A stretch of DNA of 32,036 nt, taken from the NCBI GenBank assembly GCA_018712885.1, contig DVGE01000003.1:1-32036 (forward strand), in the 5' to 3' direction. This document shows, piece after piece, positions 15,482 through 23,995 of the stretch. The translations under genes were made by a program, and so were the position numbers. Positions within the stretch are counted from its first letter, which is position 1. Each line of letters starts with the position of its first letter. The notes below the pieces were generated by a model. The model had not been told where the DNA came from and searched no databases. It saw only the letters and a program-made list of their open reading frames with translations. The DNA is from Candidatus Pullichristensenella stercoripullorum. Lineage in GTDB: Bacteria; Bacillota; Clostridia; Christensenellales; Aristaeellaceae.

Positions 15482-16777
15482 TCAGGCGGCGGGCCTGCCC
15501 TGCTGCGGGGTAAAGACGATGTTGAGCGTGAACAGCCCGTCCTCGGCGGCGATGGAGAGGAAGCCGTTGTACTTTTCCACCACCATGCGGATGCTCTTCA
15601 TGCCAAAGCCATGGAAATTCTTGTCCACCTTGGTGGTCTGCGGCAGGCCGTCCTTGAAGCGCAGCTCGCCCTCGTAGGGGTTTTCGATGTTGATGACCAG
15701 CAATTCGCGCGATTTGCGGATGGAAACGTTGATGAAGCGGCGGTTGGCGTCGCAGATCTTCTGCACCGATTCCACGGCGTTGTCGATGGCGTTGCCCACC
15801 AGCGAATAGACGTCCGAGGGGGCCATGAACGCCAGGTTCGCGCCGTCGGCGATGCACTCCAGGCGGATGTGCTCCCGCTCGCACACCAGCCCCTTTTCCG
15901 CCAGCACGATGTCCAGCGCCTCGTTGCCGGATTTGAGGGCCATGTCGTAGATCTCCAGCGTCTTGTACAGCTCCCGCGCCTCCTCCTCGTCCAGCGCGCG
16001 GGAGACGGTGAGGCGCTTTTTCAGGTCGTGGAACTTGACGTTGATCAGCTCGATGGTCTCCTTGGAAAGGCTGTACTTCTCCTGCTGCATGTGCAGCACG
16101 TGCTCCATGACCAGCCCCTCCTCCTTGAGCGAGCTGGTCTCGATGATGCCGAATTGCAGCATCATGGCGAACGTGCAGCAGATGATGTCGAAGGATGCGT
16201 AGATCATGTAGAGCGTGGTGGGGATGTGCACCATGTAACCGGTGAAGTAGAATTGCAGTATGGTGATGTACACGGCCACCACGATGTAGATCAGCAGCAG
16301 CTGCTGCCGCCGCGCGTGGCGCACGTTGAGCCGCTTGAAGCGCCGCGCGAACACGAAGTAGGAAAAGGCGTACATGCACGCCTGCGTGAGCACATAGGGC
16401 GCGTTATAGGTGCGCTGGGCGACGACGTCCGGCAAAAAGAACAGCACGATCTCGCCCACCTTGAAGGACAGATGCTGGCAGATGAAGGCGGCGATGCTGA
16501 TGAATACGGACACGCTCAGCGTGATCTCGTAGAGGAAGGCGTTGCCGAACACGCTGAAGCTGAACCAGACGATGTATTTGAGCAGGTTGTAAAGCCCCGA
16601 ATCGCTCTGCACGCTGTTGAGCGCCGGCGCGGAGAGCAGCATCACGGCCACGGCGAGGAGCAGGCGCGGCACATAGCGCCGCCGCCGCTTCTGCGACAGG
16701 CAGAACAGAAAGTTGCAGATCATCAGCTCGACCACATAGCCGTTGACCTCGAAGAACTCGCGCAAGCCTTCCATCAC
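15482..16777 (-). CDS. AgrC-like (GHKL / HPK10-type) sensor histidine kinase with polytopic N-terminal domain
   Basis: About six N-terminal hydrophobic segments. Candidate phospho-His in NVKFHDLKKRL, N box LVGNAIDNAVES and G box HGFGMKSI. The ATG overlaps the upstream regulator stop (ATGA). Confidence 0.88.
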   Translation of the reverse strand: MMEGLREFFEVNGYVVELMICNFLFCLSQKRRRRYVPRLLLAVAVMLLSAPALNSVQSDSGLYNLLKYIVWFSFSVFGNAFLYEITLSVSVFISIAAFICQHLSFKVGEIVLFFLPDVVAQRTYNAPYVLTQACMYAFSYFVFARRFKRLNVRHARRQQLLLIYIVVAVYITILQFYFTGYMVHIPTTLYMIYASFDIICCTFAMMLQFGIIETSSLKEEGLVMEHVLHMQQEKYSLSKETIELINVKFHDLKKRLTVSRALDEEEARELYKTLEIYDMALKSGNEALDIVLAEKGLVCEREHIRLECIADGANLAFMAPSDVYSLVGNAIDNAVESVQKICDANRRFINVSIRKSRELLVINIENPYEGELRFKDGLPQTTKVDKNFHGFGMKSIRMVVEKYNGFLSIAAEDGLFTLNIVFTPQQGRPAA

Positions 16778-17487
16778 AGGTTCCCCTCTCCCAACCAGGC
16801 GCCCAGCTCGGTCATGAACTGCTTTTTCCGCGGGTGGCTGATCTGCAGCTGCGTGCCGTCGCTGAGCACCACGAAGTGCCCCGCGACCGAGGCGATGTGC
16901 CGGGCGTTGACCAGATAGCAGCTGTTGCAGCGGAAAAAGCCGCGTCCCTTCAATTCCGCCTCCGCGTCGGCCAGCGAGCCGTAGGTGGCCACGGTCTCCG
17001 CGGCGGTGTGGTACATCAATTTGTGGTTGGAGATCTCCACATAGAGCAGATCGCGGGTGGAGATGCGGGCAAAGCCGCTGTTCTGGCGCAGCACCAGGTC
17101 GGTCTGCGCGTTGGCCTCGTGCAGCGCCAGCGCCCTTTTCAGCTTGTAGGCCACGCTCTGGTAGGTGACGGGCTTGATGATGTAGTACAGCGCGTTGACC
17201 TCGTAGCCCTTCACCGCGTACTGCGCCATGTTGGTCACGAAGATGATGATCACCTGCCGGTCGATCTCGCGCAGCTTGAAGGCCGCGTCCATGCCGTTCA
17301 TGCCGGGCAGCTCGATGTCCATAAAGGCGATGTCGAAGGACGTTTTTGCGTCGGCGAGGAAGACCTCCGCGTTGGGAAAGACGCGGATGTTGAAGGCGGC
17401 GTCGTTTTGCCGGGCATAGGTCTCCAGCACCCGTTGCAGCGTCTTTGCCACGGAAACGTCGTCTTCCAGAATGGCGATGTTGACCAT
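16774..17487 (-). CDS. LytTR-family response regulator
   Basis: ATG at 17487 (MVNIAILEDD...) downstream of GGAGGAAAGGGG. The receiver domain has a phospho-acceptor context (DIAFMDIELPGMNG). The C-terminal LytTR-type region reads FFRCNSCYLVNARHI. Confidence 0.9.
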   Translation of the reverse strand: MVNIAILEDDVSVAKTLQRVLETYARQNDAAFNIRVFPNAEVFLADAKTSFDIAFMDIELPGMNGMDAAFKLREIDRQVIIIFVTNMAQYAVKGYEVNALYYIIKPVTYQSVAYKLKRALALHEANAQTDLVLRQNSGFARISTRDLLYVEISNHKLMYHTAAETVATYGSLADAEAELKGRGFFRCNSCYLVNARHIASVAGHFVVLSDGTQLQISHPRKKQFMTELGAWLGEGNL

Positions 17488-17532
17488 GTGCAAGCCCCTT
17501 TCCTCCGCGGCGCGTGAACGCGCCACAGCTTC

Positions 17533-17561
17533 ATTATACCATGCGCGCGGGAGGGTTTCAA
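17533..17561 (-). promoter_or_regulatory. near-consensus promoter of the LytTR/kinase operon
   Basis: The minus strand reads TTGAAA, 17-nt spacer, TGgTATAAT (extended -10), about 45 nt upstream of the ATG. Confidence 0.55.
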
Positions 17562-17641
17562 CCGCGCTGCGCGCCGCAAACGCGCAAATAGGGCCTGCCG
17601 GCGCGTTGGCCGGTAAGCCCCGTTTTTGCGCGCAAAGCCCC

Positions 17642-19105
17642 TTACAGGGCCGCGCCCGCGCCGCTCTGCCGCGCCTTGGGCAGGCTCTTTTCCACGGTGA
17701 AGAAGAGGATCATCAGCGCGCAGATGCCGAAGCCGATGGTCTCCACCCAGATGTAGCTCATGGTGATGGCGCTCCTGGCCGCCGCCGATTGCGCCGCCAC
17801 GCCCAGGGCGACGTCGGCCGCCTGATCGTAGCCGCTCGCGCCGAGTATGGCGCTGAAAATGGCGTTGCACACCGGCGTGGCCGCCACCATCAGCGAGGAG
17901 TAGATGGACATCGTGAGCCCGTCGGTGCGGATGCCGTGGCGGTACTCTATGTAGTCGATCATGTCCGCCAGCATCGCCAGGATCAGGTAGCATGCCGGCG
18001 AGGAACCCAGGCACTTCACCGCCACGCCGATGGCGGTGGGCACGATGGCCCCGTTGCCCAGCGCGGCGATGACGCCGCCCGCCACGCTCAGCGCCAGCCC
18101 CGCGAAGGTGACGATGCGCTTGCCGAAGCGGTTGGCCAGCGGCACCACGACCGCCGCCGCCACCGCCATGGGAATGGCCCCGAGAATGGCCAGCAGCGAT
18201 TGCGAGGCGCCCCAGGCGTCGGCGGAACCGAAGAAGGTATTGTCCAGCACCCACTTGCAGAAGTAGGACATGGAGCTGTTCTTCACCGCGCCCGCCCACT
18301 GGAAGATCAGGTAGAAGGCGATGATGAGCCACCACATCTTTTCACCGGCCACGGCCTGCAGCTGCCGGCGCAGGGACACGGCGGCCGGCGTTTCCCGCGC
18401 CGACTGCCGCGCCATCAGCTCCTCGGTGACGCGCTCGCGGGTGAACTTGTACTGCAAAAGCACCGTCAGCGCCGTGAACAGCGCCACGGCGAGCATGGCC
18501 AGGAACCAGCGGCCCACGTCCTCCTTGAGCACAAAGGACACCAGCATCGGGAACACCATCGAACCCGCGCCCATCACGCCCAGCGAGGCGATGTTGGTAA
18601 AGGAGGCCAGCGCGCTGCGCTTCTTGCCATCGCGCGTGGAAACAGCCACCAGCGTGGAATTGGCGGTGTTGTAGATGGGGTAGGCCACCGCGTAGTAGAG
18701 GTTGTAGGCCACCGCGATCCACACCATCCGCGCCGCGCCCTCGAAGGGCACGATGAACATCAGCACGCTGGCTACGGACAATGTCAGCGCTGAAAGCAGT
18801 ATCCACGGCCGCGCCTTGCCCGCCAGCGCGCGCGTGCGCTCGATCAGCTGGCCGACCACCAGATTTGCCGCCACGATCAGCAGCGTGGAGAGCAGCTGCA
18901 GCGTGGTCAGGAAGGAGAGATCCAGCTTCAGTACGTCCGTAAAGTAGTTTTGCAGCATGCTGGTAAAGATGCCGGAGGACAGCAGCGCCCCAAAAGGCCC
19001 CACCAGATAGCCCAGCAGCATCTCCGGCAGCCGCACCGTTTCGCCCCGAATGGCGCTGCGCGCCAAGGGGGTCGTCCAGAAGTTACGGTTTGCGTCTTTT
19101 TTCAC
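17642..19105 (-). CDS. glycoside-pentoside-hexuronide (GPH):cation symporter family transporter
   Basis: GTG start after AAGGGTGGG. 487 aa with ~12 hydrophobic segments and a MelB/GPH-like N-terminus (LGYLVGPFGALLSSGIFTSMLQNYFTDVL). Confidence 0.9.
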   Translation of the reverse strand: MKKDANRNFWTTPLARSAIRGETVRLPEMLLGYLVGPFGALLSSGIFTSMLQNYFTDVLKLDLSFLTTLQLLSTLLIVAANLVVGQLIERTRALAGKARPWILLSALTLSVASVLMFIVPFEGAARMVWIAVAYNLYYAVAYPIYNTANSTLVAVSTRDGKKRSALASFTNIASLGVMGAGSMVFPMLVSFVLKEDVGRWFLAMLAVALFTALTVLLQYKFTRERVTEELMARQSARETPAAVSLRRQLQAVAGEKMWWLIIAFYLIFQWAGAVKNSSMSYFCKWVLDNTFFGSADAWGASQSLLAILGAIPMAVAAAVVVPLANRFGKRIVTFAGLALSVAGGVIAALGNGAIVPTAIGVAVKCLGSSPACYLILAMLADMIDYIEYRHGIRTDGLTMSIYSSLMVAATPVCNAIFSAILGASGYDQAADVALGVAAQSAAARSAITMSYIWVETIGFGICALMILFFTVEKSLPKARQSGAGAAL

Positions 19106-19154
19106 GATTTTCCCACCCTTTTTCCGCCCTATTTTACAAACAAGTTCTGTTTAT

Positions 19155-19183
19155 ATTATAACTGCGGAACCGGCGGTAGACAA
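19155..19183 (-). promoter_or_regulatory. candidate promoter of the GPH transporter gene
   Basis: The minus strand reads TTGTCT, 17-nt spacer, TATAAT, about 50 nt upstream of the GTG start. Confidence 0.45.
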
Positions 19184-19295
19184 GGAAATCGCGCAAACTA
19201 CCATTTTTTCGACCCAAACTTGAACCTGGGCGAGGGGGCGAAAGACGCGGAGGGGAAAGCGGCTTATACCTCCAACATTTGGAAAAGAGCCATTC

Positions 19296-19751
19296 GTGGG
19301 CGTCATTCATTCACCCCCCTGCGCGAGGAGCTTTGGCCGATGCCTACGATCCATCGTGACAGAGACAAGAACCGAGGCCAGCAGGCGCGTTATCGACCTT
19401 GTGCCGCAAATTGCCTGCTATCTGGAAGCTGGCAGGCCCGAGGATCTTGTCCTTGGCGGGGAAGCGCCGCTTTCCTATACGCAAGTGCGGAGGATGTGCG
19501 AGCGCATAAGGAGAGACACGGGCTTTGAGGAAAGCATTGCGCCGATAAGGTTTCGCACGACTGTGCTGACGGACTTATACGACGCGACCAAGGACATCAA
19601 GCAGGCACAGGCGGCGGCAGGACATACCACGGCGGCAATGACCTTGAAGCATTATGGAAAAGGCCGGCAAGAGCGCTCCAACACCGCCCTTCCCATCGCC
19701 GCGGCCTACGGGCTGACCCCTGACGGGAAAACTGATTTTGGAAACCCCTGA
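19296..19751 (+). pseudogene. tyrosine recombinase (phage-type integrase) remnant, N-terminally truncated and probably frameshifted
   Basis: Only the C-terminal catalytic part is present (TRTEASRRVIDL..., RFRTTVLTDLYDA..., GHTTAAMTLKHY). An adjacent frame upstream reads ...FTPLREELW...TIHRD, suggesting a frameshift. Only ~190 bp separate it from the transporter gene, so the core-binding domain is missing. Confidence 0.7.
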
Positions 19752-19791
19752 AAACGCCTGCGGCACAGGGCTTTTGAAGGGGTCAAAGGGC

Positions 19792-19815
19792 GAAAAAACT
19801 GACGGAAAAACTGAC
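19792..19815 (+). repeat. tandem 12-bp repeat GAAAAAACTGAC/GGAAAAACTGAC (candidate arm-type recombinase site)
   Basis: Direct tandem duplication between the integrase stop and the tRNA fragment. It is conserved in the second repeat copy (31809-31832). Confidence 0.5.
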
Positions 19816-19922
19816 AACCCCCGCCCCGGAAGGATGGAGGTCAACAAAACGCAAGATGGAGCGCCCATTCCTGCGAACCCACCCCCAAACCACAAAAAAA
19901 CCAGCCATTTCTGACTGGTTTC

Positions 19923-19972
19923 TGGAGCTGATGACCGGATTTGAACCGGTGACCTCATCCTTACCAAGGATG
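19923..19972 (-). pseudogene. tRNA-Thr 3' half (displaced att-type fragment)
   Basis: 50 nt identical to the 3' part of the complete tRNA-Thr at 31942-31991, from the 5' strand of the anticodon stem through CCA. Homology ends abruptly at 19972/19973. Confidence 0.85.
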
Positions 19973-20089
19973 TAAGAAGAAACGCGACCGGGCGTATATT
20001 GCGGATCCATCCATGCAAGGGCAAGAAACCCAAATCGCCCCGGAGCCTCCGCGCGCGGTAGCTCCGGGGTTTTGATGTTGACATTGCAA

Positions 20090-20337
20090 ATGAAATGCGA
20101 GATCTTCATTGATAAGCCCGCGAGGAAATTCATCGAAAAGCAGTTAGACCGCAAAGGCTGCGCCTGTATGCCGCGATAATACGCTTGCCCGAGGGCGCCG
20201 TGAAACCGTTCAAAGGGACGGACATGAAGCGCCTGCGCGTAGGCGATCACAGGATCATCTATGAGCAATACGAGGAAGCTTATCGGATCATCGTTATATC
20301 CGCCGACAACAGGGGAGACGTATATAAGGAGTACTGA
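20090..20337 (+). pseudogene. RelE/ParE-family toxin gene with a frameshift
   Basis: Frame 1 gives MKCEIFIDKPARKFIEKQLDRK... and stops at 20177-20179. The frame offset by +2 nt (codons phased from 20158) continues RLRLYAAIIRLPEGAVKPFKGTDMKRLRVGDHRIIYEQYEEAYRIIVISADNRGDVYKEY*. The length of 248 nt is not a multiple of 3. No intact antitoxin ORF lies upstream. Confidence 0.6.
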
Positions 20338-20797
20338 CGACAAGCCGCCGTGAAGCAAATGCCGTTATAAGAAGGTCTGCTGGAGAGCAGGGCCAGATCG
20401 CCGGCAAACCCCTGCATTCACACACAAACGCAGGGGTAAGATATATAAGAGTGTGGAGCAAAGAGGCCACCCGCCTCTTGATATTTTGCACCGCCGCTGT
20501 CAGAAAACATGGTTCCCGCATGTTCCGTATCCCAAGCATGCGCGCATAGCGCAGGCCGTGATTCTCCTTGGCCTCCGCGAAGGATCGTTCGATCGCCTCT
20601 TTCCGCCATCCATAGATCCGCTTGCCCCGATGCGTTTTCGCAAAGGCATCGACCCGCTCCAGCGCCTCCTGCCACTCATGCCGCTCCGCCACCTTTCGGT
20701 TCATGTTAGCGCCGAAACATTCTGTCCGCCTTGCGCATCCCTTGCAGGTCCTGCCATCGTAGCAGTATTGCCGGTATCCATCGCGCGACGTGATCTT
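20294..20797 (-). pseudogene. IS1182/IS5-like DDE transposase, 3' fragment only
   Basis: Open frame ...DGYRQYCYDGRTCKGCARRTECFGANMNRKVAERHEWQEAL...GKRIYGWRKEAIERSFAEAKENHGLRYARMLGIRNMREPCFLTAAVQNIKR matches the conserved C-terminal block of this family. The N-terminal ~300 aa are absent, and no inverted repeats were identified. Confidence 0.7.
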
Positions 20798-20842
20798 TCA
20801 AGTTAGTATTTCATAACGAAAATGATTCGTCCGGACGCCCCG

Positions 20843-21940
20843 CTAGCGCTGCACGCGGGCAGAGCCGCCGGTCATCAGTTTTTCCACTTCTTCTCGCCGC
20901 GCCATCGAAGTATCGCCAGGTGTGGTCATCGCCAGCGCGCCGTGCGCGGCGCCGCAATCCACCGCCCGCTGCAAGTCGCCGCCGGTCATCAGGCCATAGA
21001 TGAGGCCGGAGGCAAAGCTGTCGCCGCCGCCAACGCGGTCGTAAATCTCCAGCGCCGGATAATCACGGGCCTTGACCACGCCATCAGCGCACCACGCTAT
21101 GGCCGACCAGTCGTTGACCGTGGCCGTCTTTACACCGCGCAGCGTGGTGGCGATCACGCTTAAACGCGGATAAGCCGCCGCCACCTCCTGCATCATCTGC
21201 CGGTAGCCTTCCGGATCCAGATGTTTCAGGCCGGTATCGCCGCCCGGCACCTCAAAGCCGAGGCAGGCGGTGAAATCCTCTTCGTTGCCGATCATCACGT
21301 CAATGTACGGCGCGATCTCCCGATTGACTTCGCGCGCCTTCTGCCGGCCGCCGATGTCGCGCCAGAGCGACGGGCGATAATTGAGGTCATAGGAGACGAT
21401 CGTGCCGTATTTCTTGGCCGCTCTCACCGCTTCGATCGTCACCTCCGCCGTCGTTTCCGACAACGCGGCGAAGATGCCGCCGGTGTGGAACCAGCGCGCG
21501 CCCTGTCTACCAAAGAGTTCGTCCCAATCGACGTCACCCGGCTTCATCTGCGAAGCCGCGGTGTTGGCGCGGTCGGAGATGCCCAGCGCGCCGCGCAAGC
21601 CGAAGCCGCGCTCGGTAAAATTGAGGCCGTTGCGCGTCTTCCGACCGATGCCGTCAAACGGCGTCCACTGGATCCATTCGGCATCCACGCCGCCCTGAAG
21701 GATCATATCCTCGATCAGATAGCCGACGTCATTCTGCGCCAGCGCCGTGACCACGCCCGTACGCATGCCAAAGCAGCGCCGCAGCCCGCGCGCCACGTTG
21801 TATTCGCCGCCTCCCTCCCAGACGCGGAACGACCGTGCGCAGCGCACGCGCGTGTCCCCCGGATCGAGCCTAAGCATCACTTCCCCCAACGACACTTCGT
21901 CATAGCGACATTCGCTCTGCGACCTGATTTGCAACTTCAC
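20843..21940 (-). CDS. PfkB-family sugar kinase, 2-dehydro-3-deoxygluconokinase-like
   Basis: GTG start after GGAGGG with a 7-nt spacer. Motifs present: GGGEYNVARGL, NYRPSLW and VGGGDSFASGLIYGL, plus the C-terminal anion-hole region GAAHGALAMTTPGD. Confidence 0.85.
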   Translation of the reverse strand: MKLQIRSQSECRYDEVSLGEVMLRLDPGDTRVRCARSFRVWEGGGEYNVARGLRRCFGMRTGVVTALAQNDVGYLIEDMILQGGVDAEWIQWTPFDGIGRKTRNGLNFTERGFGLRGALGISDRANTAASQMKPGDVDWDELFGRQGARWFHTGGIFAALSETTAEVTIEAVRAAKKYGTIVSYDLNYRPSLWRDIGGRQKAREVNREIAPYIDVMIGNEEDFTACLGFEVPGGDTGLKHLDPEGYRQMMQEVAAAYPRLSVIATTLRGVKTATVNDWSAIAWCADGVVKARDYPALEIYDRVGGGDSFASGLIYGLMTGGDLQRAVDCGAAHGALAMTTPGDTSMARREEVEKLMTGGSARVQR

Positions 21941-22004
21941 TGCGTTTCCCTCCTTTTACGTCCCGCACGGGAAGAAAATCCTCCTTTCCTTTTCCGGAGC
22001 GACG

Positions 22005-22808
22005 CTATTTTTGTAGATCCATGAAAAGTGAGTTGATCATTTCCTCGAAGTGATCATGCATGAGCTTCTCCGCGAGATCCGCGTCCCTCGCCAGCAGCGC
22101 GTCCATGATCTGGCGATGTACGTCGACATACGCCGCCGCGTGGGCGTAGGTGCTCAGCTTCAATGTTTTGTATTCGATATTGCGCTCCTCGTAAGCCAAC
22201 AGTTTGACCGTCGCTTCCATAAAGCGGTTCTTGGAGGCGCGCACGATCAGTATGTGGAAATCCAGCCCCGCTCCGCCCGGATGCTTTTCCAGATCGACAG
22301 TCTTTTTGTGCTGCACCAGCGCCCAGTTGATCTCCTTGAGGTCTTTTTCGTCGGCGTTGATCGCCGCCATGCGGATCGCCTGACATTCGATCGTCCTTCT
22401 GGCTACCATCAGGTTGATCAGGTCGTTGATGTCGTTTTGCCGAATCTTCGAGGCTTCGACGATCCCCTGCCCCAGACTGTGCTCCATGACCTGCCGTTCC
22501 ATATGGTGCATCTTCTGCACTCCAAGGTCGGTCAGCATGCGCCCCTTGTTCGACACCTGATAGGTATAGCCATGGCTATCCAGTATCTTCAGGCAGCGGC
22601 CAATCGTGGCTGTGCCCACCTTAAAGTTCAGCCTGTCCAGAATAATCTTGAACGTCATCGAACCCATGGGTTCCTGGTTGCTGGCCATAATTTTGATGAG
22701 CAGGTATTCCATCAGCTCAGACTGTATCGGAAAAATCGCCTTCAATTCCTCGACGCTTTTGATATCCAAGCCATCCGTCAAGACACTTTCCATAACGTAA
22801 TGCTCCAT
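22005..22808 (-). CDS. transcriptional regulator with FCD (FadR C-terminal type) domain and atypical N-terminal winged helix
   Basis: The C-terminal helical bundle has FCD-like spacing (RRTIECQAIRMAA...DFHILIVRASKN...VHRQIMDAL..RDADLAEKLMHDH). The start is ambiguous: the ATG at 22808 lacks an SD, while the ATG at 22793 has GGAG 9 nt upstream. Confidence 0.8.
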   Translation of the reverse strand: MEHYVMESVLTDGLDIKSVEELKAIFPIQSELMEYLLIKIMASNQEPMGSMTFKIILDRLNFKVGTATIGRCLKILDSHGYTYQVSNKGRMLTDLGVQKMHHMERQVMEHSLGQGIVEASKIRQNDINDLINLMVARRTIECQAIRMAAINADEKDLKEINWALVQHKKTVDLEKHPGGAGLDFHILIVRASKNRFMEATVKLLAYEERNIEYKTLKLSTYAHAAAYVDVHRQIMDALLARDADLAEKLMHDHFEEMINSLFMDLQK

Positions 22809-22938
22809 TTCAGCGCAGACCTAGCGCGCTTCAAACGGATCCGGCCCATGCGCGGCCGTCGGCGCGAAATTTCTCGCATCCGCACGGCAGTGGATAGCCG
22901 GCCCCAACGCGCGGCGCAATTCCCATACCCCTCGTAAT

Positions 22939-22967
22939 AATATAACATATTTTACATATATTTGCAA
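22939..22967 (-). promoter_or_regulatory. candidate promoter of the FCD regulator gene
   Basis: The minus strand reads TTGCAA, 17-nt spacer, TATATT, within a short AT-rich patch about 130 nt upstream of the start. Confidence 0.4.
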
Positions 22968-23035
22968 CGCGATCCAATATGCGCTCTTTGCCCGGAGCCC
23001 TTCGCGCCACGCTTTCGCCTCAGCGCTCCCGCGGC

Positions 23036-23977
23036 TCAGCGCGCAGCGAACAGCACGTCGTGCGGAAGAATCGCGTGCGCCCCTCGCACGCCGTTGACGA
23101 TCTGCGTCGCGCGCAGGTCAACGACCGCGCCGCAGAGATTGAGCGCTTCCTTAAAGGAACAGCCGTACAGCTGCCCCATCAGACGCGCCATGTTTCGCAA
23201 CGCCTCGTAGCTGGCTGCGGTGAGATCCTCATCGAACCCGAAGGTGATCCAGCCGCACGGCGCGTTACAGACCAGCATGGAAAACGGCTCCTCCACCACT
23301 TCGAACGTCAGCCTGACTTCCCGCATCGGGCACTCGATGGCCGTGCAGCCCGATTCGCCGTCGCCCTGTCGCGCATGCCCGTCTCCAGTGGAAAACAGCG
23401 CGCCTTCGACAAGAACGGGCAAATAGAGCGTACTGCCGGCAACGAGTTCCTTGCAGTCCAGATTGCCGCCATGGACGCCCGGCAGATGGGTGCGCACGGG
23501 CGCGTCGCTGTCCGGCGTTACCGTCATCACGCCCATGAAGGGACGCATCGGCACGATGTGGCCGGCGTTGCTTCTGCATACGCGACGCTCGACGTCCAGA
23601 TCCCAGAGCAGAAAATGCTCGCCGCCGGAAAGGCCCAGGCGCGCCATGTGATCCGGATCCCCATCCCCGACCCTGCTCCAGCCCCAGCTGTGCGGAACGA
23701 TGCGTTCGACGCTGACCTTGAGCGTCGTCCCAGGCTTGGCCCCTTCGACATAGATCGGCCCGCAGAGTGCGTGACCCCGGTCCTCCGGCATCCGACGCTC
23801 GACAAACGTACGGCCGCTGCTTGACGCGGGCTGTGGCGGCTTCTCCCAACGCCAGTCCCCTTCCAACGTCTGAAACACGACTGTATCGCCGCTGCATATC
23901 TTCAATACCGGGGGAATTCGCTTATCCAGCGTGCCATGCAGCGTTTCGCGGCTGAGCTTCAGGTGAAAAGTCGCCAT
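23036..23977 (-). CDS. acetamidase/formamidase (FmdA/AmdA) family protein
   Basis: ATG after AAGGAGAGG. Family motifs present: GPIYVEGAKPGD-like GPIYVEGAKPGTTL, GGNLDCKEL and STGDGHARQGDGE. Confidence 0.85.
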   Translation of the reverse strand: MATFHLKLSRETLHGTLDKRIPPVLKICSGDTVVFQTLEGDWRWEKPPQPASSSGRTFVERRMPEDRGHALCGPIYVEGAKPGTTLKVSVERIVPHSWGWSRVGDGDPDHMARLGLSGGEHFLLWDLDVERRVCRSNAGHIVPMRPFMGVMTVTPDSDAPVRTHLPGVHGGNLDCKELVAGSTLYLPVLVEGALFSTGDGHARQGDGESGCTAIECPMREVRLTFEVVEEPFSMLVCNAPCGWITFGFDEDLTAASYEALRNMARLMGQLYGCSFKEALNLCGAVVDLRATQIVNGVRGAHAILPHDVLFAAR

Positions 23978-23995
23978 TTTTCATTCCTCTCCTTG

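Larger units (their letters stand above)
19551..19972 (+). repeat. left copy of the ~422-bp island-flanking direct repeat
   Basis: Aligns with 31568-31991, showing 13 substitutions and 2 one-base indels by eye; the last ~110 bp are identical. Confidence 0.9.

Noticed and set aside
17573-17636. CGCGCAAA repeats upstream of the LytTR operon promoter as possible autoregulatory sites
   Set aside because: They are 8-mers made of the locally dominant dinucleotides and lie 48 bp apart. They do not match the AT-rich LytTR half-site pattern, so I cannot distinguish them from chance.
15147-18793. Several 340-490-aa alternative-frame ORFs over the kinase, regulator and GPH transporter genes (15147..16379, 15440..16918, 16834..17517, 17298..18335, 17471..18793)
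   Set aside because: All overlap motif-bearing CDSs in other frames or strands and translate to Arg/Gly/His-rich low-complexity sequence.
19575-20358. Minus-strand ORFs 19575..20084 and 19783..20358, and the equivalents 31694..31927 and 31723..31986
   Set aside because: They run through the integrase 3' end, the tRNA terminator and the tRNA fragment. Their duplication is explained by the DNA repeat, and no coding features are evident.
20822-22024. Plus-strand ORFs 20822..21163, 21221..22024 and 21402..21698 opposite the kinase gene
   Set aside because: They are antisense to a PfkB kinase with clear motifs, and their translations are low-complexity.
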